This document shows positions 31,889 to 46,699 of a stretch of DNA of 64,000 nucleotides, one piece after another. This DNA is from the human T2T-CHM13v2.0 reference genome, Homo sapiens. The stretch is taken from assembly GCF_009914755.1 (NCBI RefSeq), contig NC_060931.1; one strand, written 5' to 3'. Below the pieces are notes generated by a model that was not told the DNA's origin, ran no database searches, and saw only the letters and a list, made by a program, of their open reading frames with translations. Position 1 is the stretch's first letter, and each line of letters opens with the position of its first letter. A program made the position numbers and the translations under genes.

Positions 31889-33868
31889 CTTAAAAAGAAG
31901 AAGACATTTAAATCAACTCCCAGATACGCCATGAGAAATATGCTGCAAAACGTCAGTGAGTTTAAGGACCGTGGCAAGTGTTTTTGAATGGTAGGAATAG
32001 AAGTATGAAATGTTTCTGTTACCTAAAGCTAAAAGGTAAATTTTTAAAAAGTGCAGCAGAATAGGACAGTTTTTGAAAAGTACGAAGCAGCAGCATAATA
32101 AAAACTGGGAAATTTTGGAAAATCACTGACATTAGCAAAAGGATTGACAAAAACCTCACAGAATCAGTGAAGTGCATCAAAACTGAATAGAAAGAATGCT
32201 CAACCAAGACCTGGATTGTAGTCAGTTATATTCATTCCTTTTGGAAGAAGCTTTCTGAAATGCTCACTTAAATCTCATTCACATTTAAGAAACCAAACAC
32301 ATTAATTCCTCCAAAGCACTCCATTTCTGATTTAAGAAAAAACACAGGACAGGGCATCAGAAGATCTAAGTTACACATAGTATTAGCTTTGCTTCCAATA
32401 ACTCTGTGACTTTGGAAAGTTATTTGAGCACCCTTTAGTTTCATCATTTAGGCTTTAGTTTCATCTCCTGTAAAACAAAAAGATCATTACAAGAACCCTC
32501 TGGGTTGCTTCAAGATCTATTTTAAACCAAGAACTGTGTGTACAGACTAAGAACAATATTTTTATGTAAAAAAAAAAAAAACCCGATCATCATTTTTTAT
32601 GGGGAAAAAAGATGCTCACATCAAATCTCAAAGGGCATACTTAAAAAATTGGGCTAGGATTGTACACCAAAACAAACCAAATCAGCCTTTTAAAATTCCA
32701 TAAAAGGAGGGCAATGGAAGAAGAGTCGACTAGCTTCAACTGTACCTAGTCAGGGAAGGAGGCACGAGTTTCTAACATGCTAAAATTCAAGTGCTAGTTG
32801 GCGTACCAATGAGATCTGACTCCATCAGAAAATAGGTCGCGTCTACATGTGCTGATGATTCAAACACAGACTCACTCAAACTCAAATTTAAGAATTTTAG
32901 TATTTATTTATACAGCAGCAGCAAAAATATCTAGAAGAGCCAAGATCTGTTTTTGATGCCAGCGCCATCAAAATACTCCAGATGCTATAAGTCAACAGCA
33001 ATGGCCCTTGGCTCTTAAAAATTATAGATTTACTTGAATATATTTAAAGTTAATAACTTGATATTCTCCGTTACAGCCTGCATTTATATAACCTTCACGT
33101 CACCCTGCAGAGCTGAGTCATACTGATGAAGTTAAATAAAATGAGCCCAGCTTTCTGATTACTGAAAAGTCAACTAAGTTGATTTTCCTCAGGTATCCCT
33201 TAATTTATCCATTATTTCTTTATTTATATGTCTTGACTTCAAAAAGGCATCTGAATGTGCCTACAGTGTAAGATACACATATAATAGGATGATTAAAAAG
33301 GATAAAGAACAAGTATCTTGTGATGAGGGGAGGAAGACGGCTGTGCCAGGGCAAGCTGAGAGTTTTTACTGCAAGTGAAAATAAAAGTACAATTTAGTTT
33401 TGACCTTCCTAGTAGCCAGGACACACAGGGAAAGATAACTATTGGGAATTGTCTAGCAGGGTTTGGGGCCTCTATTCCTTCTGACATTCTTCTTCTTTTA
33501 GGGATCATGGGTTAGCAGGTGTGTGTCCATGAAATAGAAAGCTAAGAACCACTGCTGTACCAGGTGGGTTAGCCCTTAGTCCTTCCAGGACAGGGCTAAC
33601 AAGAACAGTCATTAGCAAGTTGCATTTGGGGCAGGAGGACTAAATGAACCTACCCAGTAGGACCAGGATGCATACATCTGTGGGGCAGCTTCCCATCAAT
33701 CCAACCCAAAGGACTGTGGTGATGGCCTCTAGAAGACAGGGTTTGCCCTGAGTTGTAGCCCACATGGAAAAAATGCAAAATGGAGCAAGAAAACCAGGTT
33801 TCTGCCTATAAGGCAGCCTAATAGTAAAGCTTGGACAAATTCAGAGCCAAATTTTATTTGGCTGTAAA

Positions 33869-34479
33869 TGTGGCAGGCAGGACTCTAAGACGACTCCCAT
33901 GACCCTGTTCCCTGGTGGTGTTCCTGTGATTACATAATGTCACATGACAAAAGAGATTTTGCAGATGTAATTAAGATTACTCATCAGTTGACCTTAAAAT
34001 ATGGAGATTTATCCAGGTGGGCCTCACCCAATCACATGAGCTCTTAAAACAGTTTTCTCTGGCTGGTAGCAGGAGAAGTAGTCAGAGAGATTCAAAGCAT
34101 GAGGAGGATCTGACATATTGTTGCTGGATTTGAGGAAGGAGCAGCCATGTGCCAAGGACTGCAAGTGGCCTCTGGCAGCTGACAGCACCTCCCCCCACCG
34201 GCTGACTGCCATCAAGGAAATGCAGACATTAGTCTTCTGAAAACAAAGAAACATTTCTGCCAATAGCATTAAAAGATCATGAAAGCAAATTCATTTCCAG
34301 ACCTCCAGATAACACATGAAAGCTTACACTTTGATTTTGGCTTTAGGAGATCCTAAGGAAAGGACCCAACCAAGCCTGCCTGGAATTCTGACCTATAGAA
34401 CTGTGGGCTAATAAATGAGTGTTGTTTAAAGCCATTAAGCTTATGGTCATTTGTTACACAGCAATAGAAAACTAACACA
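33869..34479 (+). mobile_element. MLT1-family (MaLR) LTR
   Basis: tgtggcaggcaggactctaaga...tttgcagatgtaattaag...gcaatagaaaactaacaca. Confidence 0.88.
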
Positions 34480-36307
34480 TCGGATCCATTGAATTAGTGG
34501 TACTGCCTCTGCAAAGAGAGCATGGGATCAAAAGGGAACCTGGTACAGGCAGAGGTGTGTGGCATTTCTTGTCTTCCCCAAATACACAGAGGCAAAGTTC
34601 TCATTGCTTAATAAAGAAAACTAACCATTTTATCATTTTATATGGATTTTTTCTTAGCATCAAAAGAAACATCAATTATCACATCAAAATATATAGGTAA
34701 GTGATACTGCACAAAATAACAGAATGACTTCAGTAGAGTTTACAAAGATATTCAGAAACCTTATGGACACATTTACATATTATCTCTTGATTAAAAGCTG
34801 AGAGCAAAAAATATCAAATATGATTCTTTGAAGGTGCTAAAGTTGTTTCTAAAATTTGCTGTGGGATAGAGCTCAGAGAATCAAGAGCAGTGGGAGTCAG
34901 TGTGTTGAAGAGGTGAGAGCAGAGCTGCTCCACTCTGCTGTACCCCGGTGGCCCAAGCCACCTTAGGGGGACCTCCAGGATCCAGTGGTACAACTAAGGT
35001 AAAAAAAAAAGTCTCCTGAATCCCTAAGAAGAAACCATGCCTTACGGTTACTCTTAAGAGTAAGAAAATATTTTTCAGGTGTGAATTAGGCAAGTTTCAT
35101 CTCTGTAACTGATAAAGGGTAAAAAGAAAAATCTCAGGACGAAAACTCAAATTCTGAATTACTTTTGTAGAGACAGTAAACTTCTAAGAACTCTGATCTG
35201 AAGGAATGCATGGTTAGCCTGGTGGATTATCCTGCTCAAATATCAAGTGCTGTCAGCAGGGTTTAGCTAGTAGTGGGCAACTTGACACTGAGGTCTCTGG
35301 CAAGTTCCCATAGTGCAGTGATTGTACTCTTGACTGCAAAGGCCAAAATGACATTTAAAAGAGCCTGAGTTATATCCTTGCCCAGATGGAAGATGAGTCC
35401 ACCTCTATAAAGAAGAGAGGAACAAGAATAGACCTCTCAACAGTCAGAAAAAATACAGCACATTATCAGAGGGCTGGTGCATTCCCGGTGTTTTGCTTTC
35501 TGAACATCACATAGTACCAAATCATAACAATACTGTTAAGGATCTAATTTTGTCTCCTAATCTCCCTTTTTATGTCCCAGTTCTCAATGATTACAAGTTT
35601 CTCTAACCTCTAGGGCATGGTAAGAGGCTGCTTCTCCTTCTGACAGGTTTTTAACCAAGTCATTAGAATTAAAAGTATACAAGAAGAATCAAGAAAGTAT
35701 AGGGAAAATATTCAGAATTACCTCATGGAACATATTCAAGGCCATGCTATTTGGGAAGTAGATGGATCCTGTTCTTAAAAAAAACATGTGGGGCTACTTC
35801 CGGTAATGGAGTTTGGCGGCAGCAGCAGCTCTGCACTGGTCTTAAAAGATCAGTCCCAGGATGATTAGGGTCAAGTTCAATAAAACAAAACAACATGCAG
35901 CTTAGCTGAGTCCAATATAATGATTCTCAAGTTGACAGATTAAAATGCAGTGAGAAGCTTGGGGAAAAGAACTGCAAGAGATTGGCCCTAGTGAAATTCC
36001 TTCCCCAGGGCTGGTGGTGACAGCATGTCCAGTCGTCAGTATGTGTTCTGGTAACCGGAAATGAAGCTGATGCAAACCAATAGCCTCTCCATGCAGAGAG
36101 AGAAGGGAAAGGCAACCCACTTCTGCTCAGCTGGTACACAGAAGGTAGGGGAATTTTAAAAGTCTACTCATAAAGTTGGTTAAGCTACAAATATAAACTG
36201 GAGCAATTGACTTCTGATGGAGAAAACATTTGATTACGCTGCTGTGTAAAAATAAATAAACTGCACTTATCGTTTTCTTCTATTCAGCATAGATGAAAAG
36301 AAATTAC

Positions 36308-36478
36308 CTGTGACTGAGATAATGCTCCAGACCCTTTGCTCTCTTGCGAAAGAAAGAAACGGACTGACATGAGAAGCTCCTGAATGCAGCAGCGGAACTC
36401 CTCTTCGTTTTGCCCACCAGTGGCAAGGGAAAACAGCCTTCGAGATTGAACTATATACTTAAAAATGTATTCTTGTGC
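36308..36478 (-). CDS. DOCK4: DOCK4 coding exon ~22 (171 nt), AQEYIFKYIVQSRR...SGALSQSQ
   Basis: Lies within ORF 36284..36568. Acceptor ttttaag|GCA, donor CAG|gtaatt. 57 codons. Confidence 0.97.
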
Positions 36479-36742
36479 CTTAAAAATACAATTTTTAAAA
36501 GTTAGCTTCAAAGGAGACAAAGAGTATTTATTTAGCAATGACACGGCATAAAAACCATGGTATGGCATTAAACTTTTACATTATTCATGTAGACACCAAG
36601 GCCTTGTGAGGCTTTTTTGAACAGTATTTACTTTAAGGGGGAACAGCCACTTTTCTCTGATGCCTAATGAGAGAAAAAAAATTTAAAAACACTTTAAATT
36701 TAAAAGAAATTTAAAAGAAATAGAATTTTAATAGAAAATTTA

Positions 36743-37113
<371 letters not shown>

Positions 37114-37897
37114 TTAAATTTAGTCAACAAAAAGATAACTGTTTTTTAAAAAATAATTTTGTTTTGACAGGTAGTACTCTTGCCACTTAGCATTTTACCT
37201 TCAATCAGCCCAAATTACAAATGAATAATTCACAAAATGCTATTTTATAAAATGTATACATTGTCTACTTAAAGCTACTGACACCAAATAGGATGGTCCT
37301 CAACAACAGGAATCAGAAGACTACCAGGGCTGTTACTGGACAATTCCTTTAAGAATTTGTACTCTTTTTCAACATGTTTGCAAGTAAGGGATTAGTATCT
37401 CCACAGACAACTGAGCATATGGTGCCCAGCGATGTGGGCAGCGTTAAGCCACAAGACCCGGTAAAGCCTCAGGTTTCCTCATTATAATCCCCGCTAAGCC
37501 ACCCTATTTGCTCTTAAAATTTAACATAAATGGTTCTCCGATGGTCTCTGTCAGGTTGGTGGAAGCAAGAGCCAGGAACTTCTAAGCTTAACTGCCCCAT
37601 ATAGACTTCTCTCATAAACCCTCCCTCTCTCCTGCTCATCTTAGACTTCACTTCAAGTACTCTCCAGCCCAGAGGAACAAGGATTCAATCCTGAACAGTT
37701 TCCAGTAGACTACCCTGGCAAAGTCCCCTTCAAATTTCATCAGCTCTCAAGCAGTCACAAACTGATTAAGATCCTTGAATTGGAATGTCAGTAATACATC
37801 ATCACCCATTACTGTCTGTGTAGAGGAACCAATTAGTTTAAGCATCAGCATGCAACAGCTTTGTTAGACTCTGCTGTTATCAACAGCATGTTATCAC

Positions 37898-37979
37898 CTT
37901 CAGCACCTCCTGGATATGCTCTTGCCGCTCTGCTTCTGTGATCCGGTCCACGTACCATTTGAGCACTTTGATGAGATCT
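37898..37979 (-). CDS. DOCK4: DOCK4 coding exon ~21 (82 nt), (R)DLIKVLKWYVDRITEAERQEHIQEVLK
   Basis: Acceptor attttag|AGA, donor AAG|gtgata. Phase 2 to 0. Confidence 0.96.
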
Positions 37980-38625
37980 CTAAAATACAGGGGAAAATGT
38001 GCAGAATGTAAAATTGGTCTAATTCTCAATTAAATGCCAACAAATCCAACTCTTAACTATATCATGAGGAGGTTTCTTTTCCCATCAGTTCTCACATTTT
38101 CCTGTCAATCTGCTGTATAATAATTTTACTAAATCTGCAGATCAACACTGCCACCCTTTTCAAAGCTTAAGGGAGAAACAACACTCAATCTGGACATATT
38201 CCATAGCCCTGCTGTTTCTGGTAATGCCTCCAAATGGGTGAACACAAATATTGGAGAAAAGGACTGTGCCCAACCAAGTGCCTGGCAGTGTGAGTGCCAT
38301 GGTCAATACTGTAAAACTGCTCATTGGGATTTCTTTCCCAGTGACCACGTAAACAGCTGGATGCAATATCATTAGGCTGCAGGCAAAACGGGGTGGGAAG
38401 GAGGGATGGAGACAATGCCTCCCCACTGCTATGCACACCTTATGGATTTATCAAGCCAATTTTCTGACCCATGAGAAGAACCTGGCTTATGTCAATATGT
38501 GCCTTAGGAGAATTTCTAGAAAGGCCAAGGTAATTTTTTTTCCTGTTTTGAAAAAATGTAAAAACAACAGCCCACAACTCTCAAGATGACAGTCTTACAC
38601 CTTGAACTTTGGTCAGTTCTTGGTT

Positions 38626-38945
38626 TCTCTTTTTTCTTTTTCTTTTCTTTTTTTTTTTTTTTTTTGAGACAGAGTCTTGCTTTGTCACCCAGGCTGGTGT
38701 GCAGTGGCTTGGCTCACCGCAACCTCTGCCGCCCTCCTGGGTTCAAGCAGATTCTTCTGCCTCAGCCTCCCAAGCAGCTGGGATTCAAGTATGCACCACC
38801 ACGCCCAGCTAATTTTTGTATTTTTAGTAGAGGCCCGGTTTCACCATGTTGGTCAGGCTGGTCTTGAACTCCTGACCTCAAATGATCTGTCCACCTTGGC
38901 CTCCCAAAGTGCTGGGATTACAGGCATGAGCCACTGTGCCCAGCC
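38626..38945 (-). mobile_element. AluS-like
   Basis: T-rich tail followed by an antisense dimer; TSD agttcttggtttct. Confidence 0.94.
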
Positions 38946-40313
38946 AGTTCTTGGTTTCTAGGAAACAGTTTACCCAGCAATGTTTCTCTGGGTCAGGGGA
39001 GAATACTTGGATGTGCCAGTAGGTAGATGTTGGTGGAGTGCTATTTTTTAAGATAACATGCTAGTGAGTTTCTGATCACCCCCAGCCTAAGAGGATTCCA
39101 CAAGCCTTATTTGTCTTTTTAAGATCCTGCTTTCCTGGCCAACCGGAAGTGTGAGAAATTATACTCTTGTTTTCTAGCTTCCAAAGACAATTTAACTTGG
39201 AAGCAGTAACCTCCTCACACTAGGGCCCAAATTGTTAGGCTGAGTGGGCCGATGTTTCAAAACTATTCCTGCGGTTGCATTTCACTCTCAGCAAAAAATC
39301 ACACTGATGAAGTGTCAAGTCTAACAAAAATACCTTCATTCATTTCGATGTTGGAGACGTCGATCTTAACCTGTCATGGCTGGGAATATCCAAGTAAACA
39401 GGATCAAATGCTTATCTGATAACCTATTAACCTTTATATATTACATAGATGGGGGAAGGATATCAACCTGATTTCATGCTTTTTAAACTCACCTCAGGGA
39501 ACAGTCAGGCATGTGCATGCCCACAGGTGCTTAAGGTATAAGGTAGAAATATGGGAGAACAGCAAGGACCATATTGGACTGGGAGACAGACGATGGGGTA
39601 CACTCCAAGGCTATTTAAGCAGTTATTTGTCGAACTAAAAGAGAGAAGCTGTGGCCTCTGGCAATTATCAACTATGTTGAGAGGAGGCAGGCACTAGCCA
39701 AAGCATAATATTATTCATAACTTTTCAGCACCACCTGAGCCAGTAGAAAAGGAGGAGCAGTTAAAATAGCAGCTCCTATCAAAGAGTAGATCCCAATGAC
39801 TAAATTGCCTGAGGCCAGGGACCAGGTCTTCACATCATCAGCATAAAGTACAGTGCCTGGCAAGCAGCTGGCACTCAGTAAATCCTAACATAAATGAATG
39901 GATGACTTTCAGCAGGTGTGAAGGAAAAGGTTGTTTTCCATTCATATTTCTTTCTTATGAACATTTATAATCATCAGGGAGTACAGTGATGAAGTGGGAC
40001 TCTTAACAGCCGAAGTGAGATAACCAGACATTTTAGACCAAAGAATATCCAGTGAAACAGAGACAAGAAGGAAAGACTTTATATTTTAGGGCTCAGGAAT
40101 AGAATTCAGGAGGTTTTTTTCCCTTTTTAATCAAAATAAGTTCTACCCATTTAAAAAGGGTGTGTTAGCAGGGAAGAGACTATCTCAAGAGACACTTCAG
40201 TAGTGCTCCATTTCTTCCTACACTCCCTTTTAAATTTTCCTATATCGCCTCTTCTGCTGAGAAAAGCTTGAAAGGAACCACTTCTAAACTAATTACAAGA
40301 TACAGGGCCTTAC

Positions 40314-40414
40314 CTGTATGCAAGTGCCCCAGCAAAATGACTCTCAATGTAAGTGTCCATTACAGGTTTAAAATGATGAAATTTGCTATCTTGCAGCAAA
40401 TTTATTATGTGAAC
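40314..40414 (-). CDS. DOCK4: DOCK4 coding exon ~20 (101 nt), VHIINLLQDSKFHHFKPVMDTYIESHFAGALAY(R)
   Basis: Acceptor ttttttag|GTT, donor CAG|gtaagg. Phase 0 to 2. Confidence 0.96.
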
Positions 40415-40592
40415 CTAAAAAAAGAAAATTGAGCTTTATAAAACTAAATGCAAATCAAGGTTTTCCTTTTTTTTTTGCTTCTTTTTAAAATGAACTCTTA
40501 CATTATTAAGCACATGTTTCTGAACCAGCCTCATGAAAGTCAAGATTGAGAGACAAAACAGTTAAAATACAATTAAGGGAATTTGAACTTAC

Positions 40593-40676
40593 CAAAGAAT
40601 CAAACACTTTAGACCCATATTTTTGGGAATTTTCATCTAAAATTCCAAATAAGGTATCCAGTGTATCCTGCAGAAA
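40593..40676 (-). CDS. DOCK4: DOCK4 coding exon ~19 (84 nt), FLQDTLDTLFGILDENSQKYGSKVFDSL
   Basis: Acceptor ctaacag|TTT, donor TTG|gtaagt. 28 codons, with the conserved DOCK-family FLQDTLD motif. Confidence 0.96.
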
Positions 40677-40790
40677 CTGTTAGATAAAGAAGTAGCAAAT
40701 GAGTAAATAAGATACTATCTGTCTTTTTCCTCCAAATGTTCTTTATTCTATGAATCTCTGCAAGGAAAATAGTAATGAAATACTATATAC

Positions 40791-40888
40791 CTTTACTATC
40801 TCTGAGCCATCAATTTCTTTTAATTTAGAGAGACAGCCAGTGATCTTGTCTGGGTGGGTTCTCCATTTCAAAAGATCAAGCATATCAC
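40791..40888 (-). CDS. DOCK4: DOCK4 coding exon ~18 (98 nt), (G)DMLDLLKWRTHPDK...DGSEIVK
   Basis: Acceptor ttttgaaag|GT, donor AAG|gtatat. Phase 1 to 0. Confidence 0.96.
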
Positions 40889-43772
40889 CTTTCAAAATAG
40901 AAAAGGAAGATTAATTGCCTTAATAGAGAACAGGTCCTCACATGAAAGCGTTCTGCTAGTAAAAGTAAAATTCTTAACACATGTGGCTCCCCTCTCCTAG
41001 CCACTCAAGTTGCAGGCTCCCACAAACTATGACTAGCCCTCTCTAGGATGGCATTTATTTCACTGTATTCTGTTTCCTCTCCACTGCTCTTGACTTACAA
41101 ACTCCTACCCATCCTTTAGTCCTCAGATCGGATGTTGCTTCATTTTGGAAGCCTTTCCTGAAATCTCGAGCTAACTGTCCCTTCTACATGCTTCCACATC
41201 ACAGTAGCACTTACAAATCCTTACAAATCAGGCAGGTGACAAATATTTGTTGATTAATTTTTCTGCCTCCTCCTGGAAAGATGAGAGTTTCTTGAGGGCT
41301 GGGAACCTGCTTTATTCCCGTTTGGGTGCCCAGCACATAGCACTCTGCCTAGCAACCAACTCCACCCAGGAACAAAGGTCTTCTTGGCAATGTGACCCAA
41401 ATCTTGCAGACTAAAAGAATGGTAACAGGCCCAGTGATTTCTTAGATCATCCAGGGAGCTCTCAACCTGAGAAGAGCAGCTCCTGGACTCCACAGGCCAT
41501 CTTTCATCCCAGAGTCCAGATAAGCACAGGGCCCAGCTCTTTAACCCTTTCCTAAACAGACATGAGGGCTTTGGTCCAGCAGGTCCTTAGAGAACCTCTT
41601 CACCTGGGGAGGGAATAAATTTATCTTTCTTGGGCAGAAGTTACAAAGGCTGTGGGAGATGGTCTCCATGCATTATTAGTCTCCAACGCATGCAGGGAGA
41701 GGTGGCATCTGGAGGCCAATGAATGCAGTGAGAACTGAAGGCTCGCGTGTGCCGAGCACGCGCAGGGCAGCGGGACCTGGTAGAACTGGCCTCAGGGCTC
41801 AGTGGAGTTGCCAGACTAGACTGGCCGAGAGAGGAGCCAGGACAGAATTTCCAGGCAGGGAAGCAGGAAATTTACTTCAAATCACTTGTTTTAGCAGAAA
41901 CCCAAAAGGGACTTTCTGAGAAACAGAAAGATGATGAGGGAACAAAAACTCCAAACCCCCCAAACCAAGGAAGTAGGTAAGATGAGAAAGAAAAAGAGAA
42001 TATAGAGAACACCAGTGAGAAAAAGCATTAAGAATCTCAAGGAGAAAGAGAAGCAAGCTCCACCAAAGCCAGATTCAAGAGAAAAACCTCACAAAGGATT
42101 TACTATTAATAGTAAGGAATTCAGTACCAAACAGGAATGTTTATCTGCAACAAACACGGGTAAGAGGAGGAGGAGGAATTAGAATGAGAAAAATAAAGTG
42201 ATTTTAAAAATACTGACTTTGAAAAAGAGATTTATGATGTTTTCATAACCAAAAACCCTGAAAATGTTGACTATTCAGATGTAATTCAGACATCCTGGGG
42301 TATGACTGAAACCTTTTAAAACTGATTGGTTATATTTGGCATATCAGATATTTCCACAGAGTGAGACTCAGGGCGACAAAGGCAAAGCTCTATTGTTCTC
42401 CCCAGTTTGCTGCTTCCCTCCTACCTACTTCCTACTTCCTGCATCTCACTTCAGGAGGCCTCCCCTCCCTGGCATCTTCTCTTTCATAATCCCTCGTGCA
42501 TTTCCCCTGCCATTCACTCCTCACTTCCCACTCCACCCCCATCCCAGCTCTCACTCCTCCTTTGTGTTCTCTTTCCCTTCCTTTAAAGTGAGGCAGTTGC
42601 AGGGGCCATCAGGACCCTGCTCAATGTGAGGAGTGTGGGGAGGAAGGAGGTGGCTATGCTGGCTACCAAGTGGCAGCAGTGGAGAATGAGGACTAGGGCC
42701 CATTTAAGTAGGGCTGGAAAACAGATTACAGGGGTCCAGAAAATGAGTCAGGATGAGCCTGCCCATCCTCCCTGCAAGAAGGCTGATGAATCTCTACACT
42801 GCTCATGATGGAGCATGTGGAAAAGCCCAGTAGTTATGTCCATCTGGATGTAATTAATCATGTATGCAAAATACTTCAAGTTCAGGCAAAATTGCTGTAT
42901 CCTAGCTTTTTACTTTTGCCATCTGAGGATGTTAGTTGCAAATTAGGAGCTATAACCTATCACAGAAAATACCAATTTCTACATTCCATTCAACAGGCAT
43001 TTACTAGGTGTATATTATGTACCTAACCTATCAAGAGCTATAAAATAGGAGGATGCCATGACCCCTAATCCTCTGAACCTTAAAATCTCTACCTGTTCTG
43101 GCAGTCACAGGTGCCCAGCATAGTGCTCTGACCTTGGTACACTGTCCATGTTGGACAACGCAAAGCGTGTGCAGACAGACACACTTTGGGAATTCTGAAA
43201 TGCAAATTTGCTCTATGAAACTGCTCCTAGAGACCATATCACTTAGTAAATGCTGAATTGTAGTAGAAATAAGATTTGTATATTTTCCACGTCAAGAAAA
43301 ATGAATACATAGCAATTTAATTCCAATTTGGAACTAGATTACTTCGACACAAAGATGTGTGTTTAGCATGTAAATTTCAGAAAGACCAACTAACTTCCTT
43401 CCTCCTTCCCATCTCTTGAAACATGCATTTCCTGGCTCATTTGAGCCAATTCTCATTGACAAGGTTAATCAAAGCCAAAATAATAATGAAACACTTATCC
43501 GTCTCCAAAGATGAGCCAATCATTGCATGGAATTCCGATCCCACTTTCCACATAGTGAGATGTTTAATATAATTATTTCATAAGTTGTTTTTTACTCATA
43601 TTTACCTGAAAATGTTCTCTACTTTTAAAAAGTAGCAACTTCTAATTTTCAGGATTTGTTTCTGTCTTATTTTCATAATTGTGTCTAACATCCTAAACTC
43701 TACAACTAGCACAAATTCAGTACATAGGACCAAATATTTTGATGGAAGAGAATCTATTGTTAGGTTTACCTG

Positions 43773-44226
43773 TGTGGTAGGCAGAATAATGGCCTCAAGA
43801 ACCTGTTCCAAGAATTAGGAGGGATTATGTTTCCCTCACACAGCAAAAGAAGACTGTACAGATCTGATTAAAGATCTTAAAATAGGGAGATTACACTGGA
43901 TTATCCAGCTCAATGTAATCACAAGCATCCTTAAAAGATGTAAGATGGTCATAGTCAGAGAGATGTGAAGATGCTATGCTTCTGACTTTGAAGATGGAGG
44001 AAGGGGCCATAGGCCAAGGAATGCAGGTGGCTTCTAAAGCTAGGAAGGGTAAGAAAATGGATTCTCTCCATTCCAGGGGGAATGCAGCCCTGCTGGCACC
44101 TTGATTTTAGCCCAGTGGAACTGATTTTGTATATTTGACCTCCAGAACTGCAATATAATAAATCTGTATTGTTTTAAGCCAGTAAGTTTGTGGTAGCTGT
44201 TACAGCTGCAATAAATAAGTAATACA
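43773..44226 (+). mobile_element. MLT1D-like LTR
   Basis: tgtggtaggcagaataatggcc...tttgaagatggaggaaggggcca...taataca. Confidence 0.88.
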
Positions 44227-45353
44227 ACCCCAAAATATTCTATTGGGGAAATTCAGTTAAACATGAATGCAAACTCTACTACCCACATACACCTAATCCA
44301 CATAGAATAAATAAAAATTTCTGTTTAAGGATCTCAATAAGAGGTTGATTTTATTATCTTCATAACTTCTATGGGGGTAAACTGGCCCCATAAAAAAATA
44401 CTTGAGGTTTGGTAAATGCTTTATAATCATTTATTGAGTTATGCCAATGGAGGTTTTATTTAAGTAAAATTAACTACTGAATGCTGATAAAACCTGGTAT
44501 AACATATCTTAACTTGGTGTCCTATATAAATACAGTAGCAATGCATGTTGAAATTGAGAGGTGTTTTAAAAGTGGTCAAAATTTTGATGTTACATTTTCT
44601 TTTTTTCTGAGACTATGATCTAAAAGAAGAAATATTTCCTTCTACAAATGCTGTTCTCTGACACAGAAGAAGGAACTAAGAAAGAACGAATAACAAGCAC
44701 ACCTGTTTAGGCACAGGTTTTTATGAGACACAATACCTCATTATAAAGTGATTCTTCTCAACATAATGAATATAACTTATTTAATATAGCATTCGGGGTG
44801 CTAGCCAGAAGTCTTATATGACAACGATAAAAAACTCAAAAATGTTTAATTTACTTCCTTCATTACAGAAGATGTTTTCATAGCAATTTGCCAAGGAGAA
44901 GAGCTTGCTTTATTAATCATAACTTGCTAAACAATCACTGACATAAAAAGTAATGCTAGAACTGAAAAGCAATATGCATCTAATTAAACAAAAAACAGCC
45001 TTTATTCTAAAGCCTGCAATTAGCACTGTTTATGGAGCTATAAAACACGAGATTAAGGTGTTGGTATTTTCGTTTTTTTTTTTTTTTTCAAAGCATCTGG
45101 GTTTTGATGGTTTATTTAAAAAGTTGTGTACTTGTTTTTCAATACTGGGATAATTCTGAAGTCCTTCTTAAATGACATGCATTCAACAGGTCACTGGGTC
45201 ACATTTGCTTCCATTTTACTAGAAATCACAAATGGAAGGATCAATAATTTTTCTAAAGTTCTTAACTATCACTTTGGTGTTTACTGAATATGCTTACCAA
45301 AATATACATGATTATTAGGTACTAGGGCTTTCAAATAAAACATTATACATTAC

Positions 45354-45510
45354 CATTTTGTGTGAGTTTTGTGGAACAGAGAAAAGATGTAATACAAAAG
45401 GACTCCTTTGTGGCCTTCATGGCTTGATTATTATTCCCAAGGAAAATGCCCTTGGAAAAGGGAAGTTTGAGGTAGCGGGTAGTATCCTGAAGATTTGTGT
45501 TTTCTTCACA
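45354..45510 (-). CDS. DOCK4: DOCK4 coding exon ~17 (157 nt), CEENTNLQDTTRYLKLPFSK...LCSTKLTQN
   Basis: Acceptor tttttaacag|TGT, donor ATG|gtaatg. 52 codons +1 nt, continuing the frame from HK. Confidence 0.96.
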
Positions 45511-46699
45511 CTGTTAAAAATATTTAAAAAAACATAAGGGAAGGGGAAGAGATCTCATAAGAATTATTAAGCATAATTTATATTACTAGTGTTTATAAAC
45601 TGGGAAACATTCCAAACAGTATTACAAGTAGAATTTGGTTTTTAAATAAAATGCAAAAAAACTGTATAAAATAATTAAGCATAGATTTTTGGACTAAGAT
45701 TAATTTGAGTTTGCATCCCAGCTTTGTAACTTCCCATGTGAGTGACCATATCAAATCAAATTATTTAACTACACACTGTTTCCGTTATCTTCTCTAAAAT
45801 CTCATTGTGTTGTCATAAGAATTAGGTTATATAAAGCCTTTAACACAGTCCTGATACCTTGAAAATGATCAATAAATCATATTTGCAGTGACCATAGTAT
45901 TTTTTTCAAAAACACTTAAATTCTTCCAACATCTCATCTGAGGCAGCTGTTAAACACTCCCTTACTTTGAAAACTGGCAATTAAAAGAGAAGATATTTCA
46001 GGTATTATAATTTGAGAGTCCTACTATGTGAGGGAAATCTCTACTTTCATAGAAAACGCCAGCTAACACATGTAAAAGCAATTACAGACTTAGAAAATAT
46101 AATTTCATATCCCTACTGTAATTATTTTAGTCAAGGATTGTTGCTTAGTGCTAAAACCAGCAGAATTGTTGAAGAGGAATCGGATGTTCATATGATGCCA
46201 ATGTAGCGACATACAGATTACTTCCTACTGGCAAGAAGACAAATATAACTGCATGTGGGGGAATCGAGCTGTCATTACACCAATGCAGGGCAATGCAAAG
46301 ACACGTATCATCATCTACAATGCATTCTTACCAAAAGTGCTGAACCCCAGTCCATCACATCTAGATTCAACTTCCATATCACAGGAAACACAAGAGATAG
46401 AGCAACATGTTGAGCAACACTACAGGGAAGAAACCAGAGAATCCAAAAGATGGGGGTTTGCTGTAAGATGCCTGGTCTTATCTCTTTAAGTCAGTGTTGC
46501 CAAAAAAGGGATTGTTCTAGATTAAACAACACTTAAGAAATAGATAGCCAGATGCAACATATGGTCCCAGATTTGAACAAACCTGCTGATGTGTCCGACT
46601 TTTTAAAAATCTGTACATTGACTAAATTCCACATGAGATAAAAAACGTAGTGATCAGAAAATCATTAACTGAAAATTGGTGGATTAAAAATAAATATGA

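Noticed and set aside
31616-31934. + strand ORFs overlapping exon 23 as an antisense gene
   Set aside because: Shadow ORFs opposite a coding exon, with no independent promoter or splice evidence.
36284-36568. ORF longer than exon 22, suggesting an extended exon
   Set aside because: Splice sites and phase define 36308-36478; the flanks are incidental read-through into intron.
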